Source: Anaeramoeba ignava BMAN
Taxonomy: Eukaryota; Protista; Anaeramoebae
Direction: 5' to 3'
Assembly: GCA_028826165.1 (NCBI GenBank)
Contig: JAPDFW010000133.1
Span: 62,001-126,000, forward strand
Length of the DNA stretch: 64,000 nt
Below the pieces are notes generated by a model. The model was not told the origin of the DNA, searched no databases, and worked only from the letters and a program-made list of their open reading frames with translations. The number at the start of each line of letters is the position of its first letter. Within the stretch, counting starts at the first letter, position 1. A program made the translations under genes and the position numbers. Below are positions 13,501-26,259 of the stretch, piece after piece.

Positions 13501-15220
13501 TAAATATAAATAAATATATATAAAAAAAACATAAAATAAAAATAATAAAATATATAAAATAAAAATATATAAATATATAAAATAAATAAATAAATATATA
13601 TAAAAAAATAAAAAAATAAATATATAAACAAAATATATAAAATAAAATAAATAAATAAATAAAATAAATATATAAATAAAATAAATAAATAAATAAATAA
13701 ATAAATATATAAAATATACAACAAATATATAAATAAATAACAAATAAATATAAATAAAATATAAATAAAATAAATAAATACATAAATAAAATATTAAAAA
13801 ACAAATATAAATAATATAAAAAATAACAAAACATATATAAAAATATAAATAAATATTATAAATAAATAATAAAATATATAAATAAATAAAAAATAAACAA
13901 AAATATAAATAAATATATAAACAATAAATATAAAATAAACAAAAATAAATAAATAAATAAATAAATAAAAATATAAAAAAATATAAATAAACATATAAAC
14001 AAATAATAAAAAATATAAAATAAAATAAAATAAATAAATAAAAATAATAAAATAAAAATATAAATAAAATATATAAAATAAATATATAAAATAAATTTAT
14101 AAATATATAAATAAATATATAAATAAATATATAAATAAATATATAAATAAATATATAAATAAATATATAAATAAATTTATAAATAAATAATATAAAAATA
14201 TAAATAAATTTATAAATAAATTTATAAATATATAAATAAATATATAAATAAAAATAAATTTATAAAAATAAATATAAATAAATATATAAATAAATATATA
14301 AATAAATTTATAAATAAATATATAAATAAATTTATAATTAAATAAATTTATAAATAAATTTATATATATAAATAAATATATTAAATAAATATAAATAAAA
14401 TAAATAAATAAAATAATTAATATAAATAAATATAAATAAAAATAAATATATAAAAAATAAAATAAATAAATATAAATAAATATAAATAAATAAATAAATA
14501 TATAAATAAAAATAAATATATAAATAAATATATAAATAAATAAATATAAATAAATTTATATAAAAATAAATATATAAATAAATTTATAAATAAATAAAAA
14601 TATATATAAATAAATAATAAATAAATATATAAATAAATATATAAATAAATTTTAAATATATAAATAAATATATAAATAAATTTATAATTAAATTTGTAAT
14701 TAAATTTATAAATAAATATATATAAATAATTAAATTTGTAATTAAATTTATAAATAAATATATAAATAAATTTGTAAATAAATATATAAATAAATATATA
14801 ATTAAATTTATAATTAAATTTATAATTAAATATATAATTAAATATATAATTAAATATATAAATAAATTTGTAATTAAATTTGTAAATAAATTTGTAATTA
14901 AATTTGGAAAAAAATTTCTAAAGCGTTTTTTTTTTGCAATTTCATTATTTGTAAATAAAAAATTTTGCAAATACTTGTTTCCAAAGTTCATAACTCATTA
15001 AAGTTCTATCTTCTTCTAACCAAAAACCATTATCAGAAGTACAATAAAGTCCATAATCTTCAAATCGATTCATATCTAATCCATTTATTTTAAAAATTCT
15101 TTCTTTAATTTCTCGAACAAGAGCAACTGGTGAAGAATCCATAGTTTGTGTTGATTGATGAAATGGATAAACAATATGAAGTAATAAAGTTGCTGCCATT
15201 TTTTTTTCTTGAGAATCCAT
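10575..15220 (-). CDS. Multi-exon RhoGAP: talin-like F0/F1 ubiquitin-fold N-terminus, RhoGAP, SH3, coiled coil
   Basis: Exons 15220-14975, 12267-12096, 12022-11910, then RhoGAP exons (VPRILVKC, EGIYRK, VKLYLRELGEPLIP, NKMTLSNLAMFIGP). The last exon from 11040 encodes an SH3 (AKANFAFKAEREDELEFDEGD...GWW...GLIPSSYV). Apparent +1 frameshift at ~10742 before the coiled coil. Confidence 0.88.
12275..14900. repeat. Low-complexity TAAA/TATA satellite (~12-bp units) in the 2.7-kb first intron of the RhoGAP
   Basis: ATAAATATATAA / ATAAATTTATAA variants between the donor at 14974 and the acceptor at 12268. Confidence 0.9.
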
Positions 15221-15401
15221 TTGATATAAAAATTAACAAAAAAAAAAAATTTGAGGAAAAAATAAATGAGGAAAAAAATGAAAAAAAAAAATAAAAATTT
15301 AATTAAAAAATTTTTTATTTATTTTTATTAAAAATTATTAAATAAATATATAACTTTTTGAAAAAAAAAAAATAAGAAAAAATTTAAATTTAAAATAATT
15401 T

Positions 15402-15474
15402 GCTTTCTTAGCTCAGCCGGTAGAGCGCTTGTCTTGTAAACAAGAGGTCACTGGTTCGATTCCAGTAGAAAGCA
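15402..15474 (+). tRNA. tRNA-Thr (anticodon TGT)
   Basis: 73 nt; acceptor stem GCTTTCT/AGAAAGC, D-arm GCTC/GAGC, anticodon arm CTTGT-CTTGTAA-ACAAG, GGTTCGATTCC T-arm, followed by a T-run terminator. Confidence 0.97.
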
Positions 15475-15513
15475 TTATTTTTTTTTATTTTATTTTTTTA
15501 TTTATTTTTTTAT

Positions 15514-16177
15514 TTATTTAAAATCTGGAAAAATTAATTTTGAATTTTTAATAAAAAAAGAAATTATTTGAGCAGTTTCATTTGATTGTAAATCTTGTTC
15601 ATGACAAAAAGAAGGAAGAAAAACCATTCTAAATTCAAATTAAAAAAAATTTGATTAAAAATTTAAAGTAAAAAATTGGATAAATTTACGCTAAAGCAGA
15701 AGCATTCATTAAATTCTCATCAGAATGTCGAGATATTTTTCTTAATAATAACATAATCTTTTGTAGAATTTTACAATTATAAATGGGAATATTTTCTAAT
15801 AAACTTTTTGTTTGAAAAATTTTTTCTCTTTGATTTAAATTTTCAAATTTGAAAAATTCTTGAATTAAAGAATTTGATAATAAAGATTGAGGAAGATCTC
15901 TAGCAAATTGTTTCAAAAGAGAAGCAACAGTGAATTCCAAAGTTTTTTCTTTTTCATAATCAATAACTTCTCCTTTATTCCATCTTTTTATAATTGATTC
16001 CATTTCTGTTTTATTTCCTGGAATACGAAAAATTCCTGTTGTTTCTATGCTTTTTTTTTTCAAATAATTCACAGAATTTGTAACAATTCTTGGGATTGGT
16101 GTTTCTTCTTCTCTTTTTTCTAATTCCGTTAATGAAATACCAAATATTTGTTTAGATTTTATTTCTTTTTTTTCCAT
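15514..16177 (-). CDS. Small stand-alone RhoGAP (~200 aa), one intron at ~15689-15629
   Basis: IFGISL, IPRIV, GIFRIPG arginine finger, VASLLKQFARDLP, NLMNASALA|MVFLP; exon 2 ends IFPDFK*. Confidence 0.9.
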
Positions 16178-16249
16178 TTAATATTTTTATTTCTATCTAT
16201 TTATTTTTTATTAACAATTTAATTTTAAAATGATTTGAATTTTGATTTT

Positions 16250-19200
16250 GAAATAATTTTGGAATAATTTTGAAATAATTTTGATATAATTTTGAAATAA
16301 TTTTGATATAATTTAAACTTGATATAATTTAATTTTGATATAATTTAAACTTGATATAATTTAATCTTGATATAATTTAAATATTAATTTAAACTTGATA
16401 TAATTTAAACTTGATATAATTTAATCTTGATATAATTTAAACTTGATATAATTTAAACTTGATATAATTTAAATTTAATATAATTTAAACTTGATATAAT
16501 TTAAATTTAATATCAATTTAAATTTAAAATATAATTTAATCTCGATATAATTTAAAACTTGATATAATTTTCAATTTAATATATATTTTAAAATTTAATA
16601 TAATTTAAAAAATTTATTTAATTTAATTTAAATTTAATATAATTTAAACTTAAATATGTTAATTTAAAACTTAATATAATCAATTTAAACTTGATATAAT
16701 TTAAACTTAATATCAATTTAAACTTGATATAATTTAAACTTGATATAATTTTAAATTTAAACTTGATATAATTTAAACTTGATATAATTTAAATTTTAAT
16801 TTAAATTTAATATAATTTAAACTTAAATATAATTTTAAACTTAATATCAATTTAAACTTGATATAATTTAAAATTTAATATAATTTTAAATTTTAATTTA
16901 AACTTAATATAATTTAAATTTAATATCAATTTAAACTTGATATAATTTAAACTTAAATATAATTTAAATTTAATATAATTTAAATTTAATATAATTTAAA
17001 TTTAATATAATTTAAAACTTTGATATATAAATTTAATTTAAACTTGATATAATTTAAATTTAATATAATTTAATAATTTAAATCAATTTAAACTTGATAT
17101 AATTTAAACTTAATATAATTTAATATAATTAAATTTAAACTTGATATAATTTAATCTTGATATAATTTAAATTTAATATAATTTAAACTTGATATAATTT
17201 AAACTTAATAATTTTTGATATAATTTAAACTTGATATAATTTAAACTTGATATAATTTAAACTTGATATAATTTAAACTTATATTTAAACTTGATATAAT
17301 TTATAATTTAAACTTAAATATAATTTAATTTAAACTTAATATAAATATAATTTAAACTTGATATAATTTAAATTTTTAATTTAATATCAATTTAAACTTG
17401 ATATAATTATTTAAATTTGATATAATTTAAATTTGATATAATTTAAATTTAAATATAATTTAAATTTAATATAATTTAAACTTGATATAATTTAAACTTA
17501 ATATAATTTAAATTTAATATCATCAATTTAAACTTGATATAATTTAAATTTGATATAATTTTTAAACTTGATATAAATTTAAATTTAAAATATAATTTAA
17601 ATTTAATATAATTTAAATTTGATATAATTTGGAATTTAATATCATAATTTAAACTTGATATAATTTAAACTTGATATTTAAATTTGATTAATTTAAACTT
17701 GATATAATTTAAACTTGATATAATTTAAATTTAAACTTGATATAATTTAAATTTAATATAATTTAAACTTAATATAATTTAAATTTTATAATAAACTTGA
17801 TATAATTTAAATATTGACATAATTTAATTTGATATCAATTTAAACTTGATTAAAATTTAATATAATTTTATATAATTTAAACTTGATATAATTTAAACTT
17901 GATATAATTTAAACTTGATATAATTTAAACTTAATATAATTTAAATTTGATATAATTTAAACTTGATATAATTTAAACTTGATATAATTTTTAAACTTGA
18001 TATAATTGAATTTAAACTTGATATAATTTAAAACTTGATATAATTTATATAATTTAAACTTGATATAAACTTTATAATTTAAACTTGATATAATTTAAAA
18101 ACTTGATATAATTTAAACTTGATATAATTTAAACTTGATATAATTTAATATCAATTTAAATTTAATATAATTTAAATTTGATATAATTTAAACTTAATAT
18201 AATTTAAACTTGATATAATTTAAATTTAATATAATTTAAACTTGATATAATTTAAATTTGATATAATTTAAACTTGATATAATTTAAACTTGATATAATT
18301 TAAATTTGATATAATTTAAATTTGATATAATTTAAACTTGATATAATTTAAACTTGATATAATTTAAACTTGATATAATTTAAATTTAAACTTAATATAA
18401 TAATTTAAATTTAATATAATTTAAATTTTAATCTTGATATAATTTAAACTTAATATAATTTAAATATAAATTTTAAACTTGATATAATTTAAACTTTGAT
18501 TTAAATTTAATATTAATATAATTTAAACTTGATATAATTTAAATTTGATATAATTTAAATATTTAAATTTAATTTAACTTATATAATTTATATAATTTAA
18601 ACTTGATATAATTTAAATAATTTAAACTTGATATAAATTTTAAATATAATTTGATATATAATTTAAACTTGATATAATTTAAACTTAATTTTTTGATATA
18701 AATTTGATTAATTTAAACTTGATATAATTTAAATTTGATAATTTAAATTTAAATTAAATATATAATTTAAACTTATATAATTTAAACTTGATATAATTTA
18801 AACTTGATATAAATTTGATATAAATTTGAATTATAATTTAAATTTAAACTATAATTTCAAACTTGATATAAATTTAAACTTGATATAATTTAAACTTGAT
18901 ATAATTTAAACTTTATAATTTATATGATATAATTTAAATTTGATATAATTTAAATTTAATATAATTTAAATTTTTAATTATAAATATATATAATTTAAAT
19001 TTGATATAATTTTAAACTTGATATAATTTAAATTTGATTTTGATATAATTTAAATTTGATATAATTTAAACTTGATATAATTTAAACTTGATATAATTTA
19101 AATTTGATATAATTTTGATATAATTTTTTGATATAATTTAAACTTGATATAATTTTAAATTTTAAATTAAATGATAATTTAAACTTGATATAATTTTAAA

Positions 19201-19735
19201 ATTTGATATAATTTAAAATTTAAATTTTAATATCAATTTAAACTTGATATGAATTTAAATTTGATATAATTTAAATTTAATATAATTTAAATTTAATATA
19301 ATTTAAACTTGATATAATTTAAACTTGATATAATTTAAACTTGATATAATTTAAACTTAATATAATTTAAATTTAATATAATTTAATCTCGATATAATTT
19401 AAACTTGATATAATTTAAATTTAATATAATCTTGATATAATTTAAATTTAATATAATTTAAATTTAATATCAATTTAAACTTGATATAATTTAAACTTGA
19501 TATAATTTAATCTTGATATAATTTAAACTTGATATAATTTAAACTTAATATAATTTAAATTTAATATAATTTAAACTTGATATAATTTAATCTCGATATA
19601 ATTTAATATTGATATAATTTAAACTTGATATAATTTAAACTTGTTATAATTTAATCTTGATATAATTTAATCTTAATATCAATTTAAATTTGATATCAAT
19701 TTAAACTTGATATAATTTAAATTTAATATAATTTT
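16250..19735. repeat. 16-bp satellite (TTGATATAATTTAAAC)n
   Basis: Clear 16-bp period over ~3.4 kb between divergent genes. Confidence 0.95.
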
Positions 19736-20084
19736 AATAAGAAATGATGTAAAAAATTTAATTTTAAATAAATTTATAATTACGAAATTGAAAGAATAAT
19801 TGAAAAATTAAAGTAAAAAAAAAATGAAAAAAAATAAAAAAATTAAATTAAAAAAATTAGTCAAAATTATTTAAAATTATTTGTAAATTAAAAAAATTTT
19901 TTTGAATTATGCCCACTTAAATAAAAATAAAAAAAAAAAGAAAAAAATAAAAAGAAAAAAAGAAAAATAATTAAAATTTAAATTTTTTTTTTTCATTTTT
20001 TTTTCATTCAAAATTTTTTACAAACAAAAAAACCAAAAAAAAAGAAAAAGTAAATCAATAATTTTATTTGATTTAAAATTAAGA

Positions 20085-23000
20085 ATGGATGTTGATTGGT
20101 GTATTGAGAAACTAACAAAAAACCCACCTGAAGTACTTCCTGAACAAATTGTGAAAGAAATTTGTGATAAAATTAAAGAGTTGTTGATTTATGAATCAAA
20201 TGTAGCTGTTGTCAAAACTCCTGTTTCAGTTGTTGGCGATATTCATGGGTATTTTTACTTGATTTCCTTTATGAAATTATTTACTTATAATTTCTTAATT
20301 AAAAAAAAAAGCAAATCTATTTAAAAAATCTATTTAAAAAATCTATTTAAAAAATGAATTTATAAAATTATTTATAAAATCTATTTATTAAATTAATTAT
20401 AAAATTATTTATAAAAATTTATTTATTAAAATTATTTATAAAATTATTTATAAAAATTTAATTATTTATAAAATATTTATAAAATTATTTATAAAAAATT
20501 AAAATTATAAAAATTTATAAAATTATTTATAAAATTATTTATAAAATTAATTATAAAATTAAATATAAAATTATTTATAAAATTATTTATAAAATTATTT
20601 ATAAAATTAAATATAAAATTATTTATAAAATTATTTATAAAATTATTTATAAAATTATTTATAAAATTATTTATTTATAAAATTATTTTATAAAAAAAAT
20701 TATAAAATTAATTATAAAATTATTTATAAAATTATTTATAAAATTATTTATAAAATTATTTATAAAATTATTTATAAATTTATTTATAAAATTATTTATA
20801 AAAATTATTTATAAAATTATTTATAAAATTATTTATAAAATTATTTATAAAATTATTTATAAAATTAATTTATAAAATTATTTATAAAATTATTTATAAA
20901 TTATTTATAAAATTATTTATAAAATTATTTTAAAATTATTTATAAAAATTATATTTATAAAAATTTATAAAATTATTTTAAAATTAATTATTAAATTATT
21001 TATAAAATTATTTATAAAATTAAATTAAATATAAAATTATTTATAAAATTATTTATAAAATTATTTATAAAATTATTTATAAAATTAAATATAAAATTAT
21101 TTATAAAATTATTTATAAAATTATTTATAAAATTATTTATAAAATTATTTATAAAATTATTAAAATTTATAAAAATTTATAAAATTATTTATAAAATTAT
21201 TTATTAAATTACTTATAAAATTATTTATAAAATTATTTATAAAATTATTTATAAAATTATTTATTTATAAAATTAATTATAAAATTAAATATATTTATAA
21301 AATTATTTATAAAATTATTTATAAAATTATTTATAAAATTATTTATAAAATTATTTATAAAATTATTTATAAAATTATTTATAAAATTATTTATAAAATT
21401 ATTTATAAAAATTATATTTATAAAATTAATTATAAAATTATTTATAAAATGAATTATAAAATTATTTATAAAATTATTTATAAAATTATTTATAAAATTA
21501 TTTATAAAATTATTTATAAATATAAAATTATTTATAAAATTAATTATAAAATTAATTATAAAATGAATTATAAAAAATTATAAAATGAATTATAAAATTA
21601 TTTATAAAATTATATATAAAATTATTTATAAATTAAATTATATAAAATTATTTATAAATTTATTTATAAAATTATATATAAAATTATTCATAAAATTATT
21701 TATAAAATTATTTATAAAATTATTTATAAAATTATTTATAAAATTATTTATAAAATTATTTATAAAATTATTTATAAAATTATTTATAAAATTATTTATA
21801 AAATTTATTTATAAAATTAAATATAAAATTATTTATAAAATTATTTATTAAATTAAATATTTATAAAATTAATTATAAAATTATTTATAAAATTAATTAT
21901 AAAATTATTTATAAAATTATTTATAAAATTATTTATAAAATTAAATTATTTATAAAATTATTTATAAAAATTAAATATAAAATTATTTATAAAATTATTT
22001 ATAAAATTATTTATAAAATTATTTATAAAATTATTTATAAAATTATTTATAAAATTATTTATAAAATTAATTAATAAAATTAATTATAAAATTATTTATA
22101 AAATTATTTATAAAATTATTTATAAAATTATTTATAAAATTATTTATAAAATTATAAAATTATAAAATTATTTATAAAATTATTTATAAAATTATTTATA
22201 AAATTATTTATAAAATTATTTATAAAATTATATATAAAATTATTTATAAAATTATTTATAAAATTATTTATATAAAATTAAATATAAAATTATTTATAAA
22301 ATTATTTATAAAATTATTTATAAAATTATTTATTAAAATTATTTATAAAATTATTTATTAAAATTATTTATAAAATTATTTATAAAATTATTTATAAAAT
22401 TATTTATAAAATTATTTATAAAAATTATTTATAAAATTAAATTATAAAATTATTTATAAAATTATTTTATAAAATTATTTATATAAAAAATTTTAAAATT
22501 ATTTATAAAATTATTTATAAAATTATTTATAAAATTATATTTATAAAATTATTTATAAAATTATTTATTAAAATTAATTATTATTTATAAAATTAATTAT
22601 AAAATTATTTATAAAATTAATTATAAAATTATTTATAAAATTATTTATAAAATTATTTATAAAATTATTTATAAAATTATTTATAAAATTATTTATAAAA
22701 TTATTTATAAAATTATTTATAAAATTATTTATAAAATTATTTATAAAATTATTTATAAAATGAATTATAAAATGAATTATAAAATTATTTAGACAATATT
22801 ATGATTTAATGGAAATGTTCAAAGTTGGTGGTGAGTGTCCTGATACAAATTATCTTTTTTTAGGAAATTATGTTGATCGAGGATATTATAGGTTTATATT
22901 ATTAAATTAATTAAAATTAAAATTAAAATTAAAATTAAAATTACGATAAATATTTTAGTGTTGAAACTCTATCTCTTCTTGCTTGTTTAAAGATTCGTTA

Positions 23001-24195
23001 TCCATCAAGAATAACTTTATTAAGAGGAAATCATGAATCAAGAGCCGTTACACAAGTAAATTTCATGTTAAAAAAAATTTTAAAATGTCTTGTTGAAACA
23101 AAAAATTTTTATATTTTAAAAAATTTTGAAAATTAGGTTTATGGATTTTATGGTGAATGTTTAAGAAAATATGGAAACACGAATGTTTGGAAGTATTTTA
23201 CTGAAATGTTTGATTATCTTCAAATTGCTGCATTAATTGATTCAAAAATATTTTGTGTTCATGCTGGACTTTCTCCTTCAATTTCAACAATAGATCAAGT
23301 AATTATTTTCAATAATTAAAATTAAAATTAAAATTAAAATTAAAATTAAAATTAAATTTAAAATAATTAAAATTAAAATTCATTTATAAAATCAAAATTA
23401 AAATTAAAATTATAATTAAAATTAAAATTAATTTTTAAAATTAAAATTAAAATTAAAGATTCAGTTCTTGATAAATTTCAAAATCAAAAATTAAAATTAT
23501 AATTAAAATGAAAAATATAAAATTAAAAATAAAATTAAAATTAAAGATTCGGTTAATTAAAATTAAAATTTTTATAAAATTAAAATTAAAATTAAAATTA
23601 AAATTAAAATTAAACTGAAAATCAAAATTAAAATATTAAAATTAAAATTAAATTTAAAATTAAAATTAAAATTAAAATTAAATTTAAAATTAAAATTAAA
23701 ATTTAAATTAAAATTAAAATTATAATTAAAATTAAAATTAAAATTAAAATTAAAATTAAAATTAAAATTAAAATTAAAATTAATATAAAAATTAAAATTA
23801 AAATTAAAATTAAAATTAAAATTAAAATTTAAATTAAAATTAAAATTAAAATTAAATTTAAAATTAAAAGAGGGCCAGGATATCTTTTTGGACAAGATAC
23901 AGTTAACAAATTTATTCAAGGTAACAATCTAAGTCTAATAGTAAGATCGCACCAACTATGTTTAGACGGACATCAAATCATATTTTCTCGAAAATTATCA
24001 ACAATATGGTCTGCACCAAATTTCTGTTATCGATGTGGAAATGTCGCAACAATTTTGGAAGTTTATAACGAATCTGATAAAGAATCTGATCCAATTTTTA
24101 ACTTTAATTACAACACTTATACTGCTGCTCCTGATAGTGAAAGAATCTTCCCAACTCTTGAAACTGCTAAGGATATTCCAGACTATTTTCAATAA
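20085..24195 (+). CDS. PP2A-family (PPG1/PP4-like) Ser/Thr phosphatase catalytic subunit, divergent; exons 20085-20248, 22793-22891, 22959-23055, 23137-23298, [garbled ~23459], ~23871-24195
   Basis: [56 protein letters not shown], tail PDYFQ*. Confidence 0.9.
20330..22790. repeat. 12-bp satellite (AAAATTATTTAT)n in phosphatase intron 1
   Basis: Regular 12-bp period. Confidence 0.95.
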
Positions 24196-24509
24196 CTTTT
24201 CCCTTCTTTTATCTTCTTCTCTTCTTCTCTTCTTGTTGGTTCTTCTTTCTTTTTTTTTTTGACCATTCCAAATTTTTTCTTCTCCTTTTTTTTTCCATTT
24301 TTTTTACTTTTTTTTTTTGCTTTTTTTTTTCTTTTTTTTTTTTGCTTTTTTTTTTTGTGATTTGATTTTTGTGTCTTTTTTTTTTTCTTTTTTCTACTTT
24401 TTTTTTTTACTCAAATTCAGAAAAAAAAAATAATAATATTTTTCCACCAAAAACTGAGCTGTAATAAACAAAAGACACAAGATTTCTAATCACAAAACTT
24501 ACCTTATTT

Positions 24510-26200
24510 TTGATTTGAATTTTGATTTAAATTATTTTTGATTTAAATTATTTTTGATTTAAATTATTTTTGATTTAAATTATTTTTAATTTAGATTATT
24601 TTTAATTTGGATTATTTTTGATTTAAATTATTTTTGATTTAAATTATTTTTGATTTAAATTATTTTTGATTTAAATTATTTTTGATTTAAATTATTTTTA
24701 ATTTAAATTATTTTTGATTTAAATTATTTTTGATTTAAATTAATTTTGATTTAAATTATTTTTGATTTGAATTATTTTTGATTTAAATTATTTTTGATTT
24801 GAATTATTTTTAATTTAAATTATTTTTGATTTAAATTATTTTTGATTTAAATTATTATTAATTTAAATTATTTTTGATTTAAATTATTTTTGATTTAAAT
24901 TATTTTTGATTTAAATTATTTTTGATTTAAATTATTTTTAATTTAAATTATTTTTGATTTAAATTATTTTTGATTTAAATTATTTTTGATTTAAATTATT
25001 TTTAATTTAAATTATTTTTGATTTAAATTATTTTTGATTTAAATTATTTTTGATTTAAATTATTTTTGATTTAAATTATTTTTGATTTAAATTATTTTTG
25101 ATTTAAATTATTTTTGATTTAAATTATTTTTGATTTAAATTATTTTTGATTTAAATTATTTTTAATTTAAATTATTTTTGATTTAAATTATTTTTGATTT
25201 AAATTATTTTTGATTTAAATTATTTTTGATTTAAATTATTTTTGATTTAAATTATTTTTGATTTAAATTATTTTTGATTTAAATTATTTTTGGATTTAAA
25301 TTATTTTTGATTTAAATTATTTTTGATTTAAATTATTTTTAATTTAGATTATTTTTGATTTAAATTATTTTTAATTTAAATTATTTTTGATTTAAATTAT
25401 TTTTAATTTAAATTATTTTTAATTTAGATTAAATTTTTGATTTAAATTATTTTTAATTTGATTTAAATTTTTGATTTAAATTATTTTTGATTTAGATTAT
25501 TTTTGATTTAGATTATTTTTGATTTAAATTATTTTTGATTTAAATTATTTTTGATTTAAATTATTTTTAATTTAAATTATTTTTGATTTAAATTATTTTT
25601 GATTTAGTTTAAATTTTTGATTTAAATTATTTTTGATTTAAATTATTTTTGATTTAAATTATTTTTAATTTAAATTATTTTTAATTTAAATTATTTTTGA
25701 TTTAAATTATTTTTGATTTAAATTATTTTTAATTTAAATTATTTTTAATTTAAATTTTTAATTTAAATTATTTTTAATTTAAATTATTTTTGATTTAAAT
25801 TTATTTTTGATTTAAATTATTTTTGATTTAAATTATTTTTGATTTTAAATTATTTTTGATTTAAATTATTTTGATTTAAATTATTTTTGATTTAAATTAT
25901 TTTTAATTTAAATTATTTTTGATTTAAATTATTTTTAATTTAGATTATTTTTGATTTAAATTATTTTTGATTTAAATTATTTTGATTTAAATTATTTTTA
26001 ATTTAAATTATTTTTGATTTAAATTATTTTTGATTTAGATTATTTTTGATTTAAATTATTTTTAATTTAAATTATTTTTGATTTAAATTATTTTTGATTA
26101 TTTGAATTATTTTTGATTTAAATTATTTTTAATTTAAATTATTTTTAATTTAAATTATTTTTAATTTAAATTTTTGATTTGATTTAAATTTTTGATTTGA
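24510..26200. repeat. 16-bp satellite (ATTTAAATTATTTTTG)n
   Basis: Regular 16-bp period between convergent genes. Confidence 0.95.
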
Positions 26201-26259
26201 ATTTTTATTTGATTAACATTTTTATTAACAAAATAATTTTTTCCTTTTTTTCTTTCTTC

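Noticed and set aside
12999-14991. Long hydrophobic I/Y/F/L ORFs (also 21585, 33803-34797, 49379-50672, 62018-63376 and antisense ORFs in 37-41 kb)
   Set aside because: Translations of intronic satellites or antisense frames of low-complexity exons.
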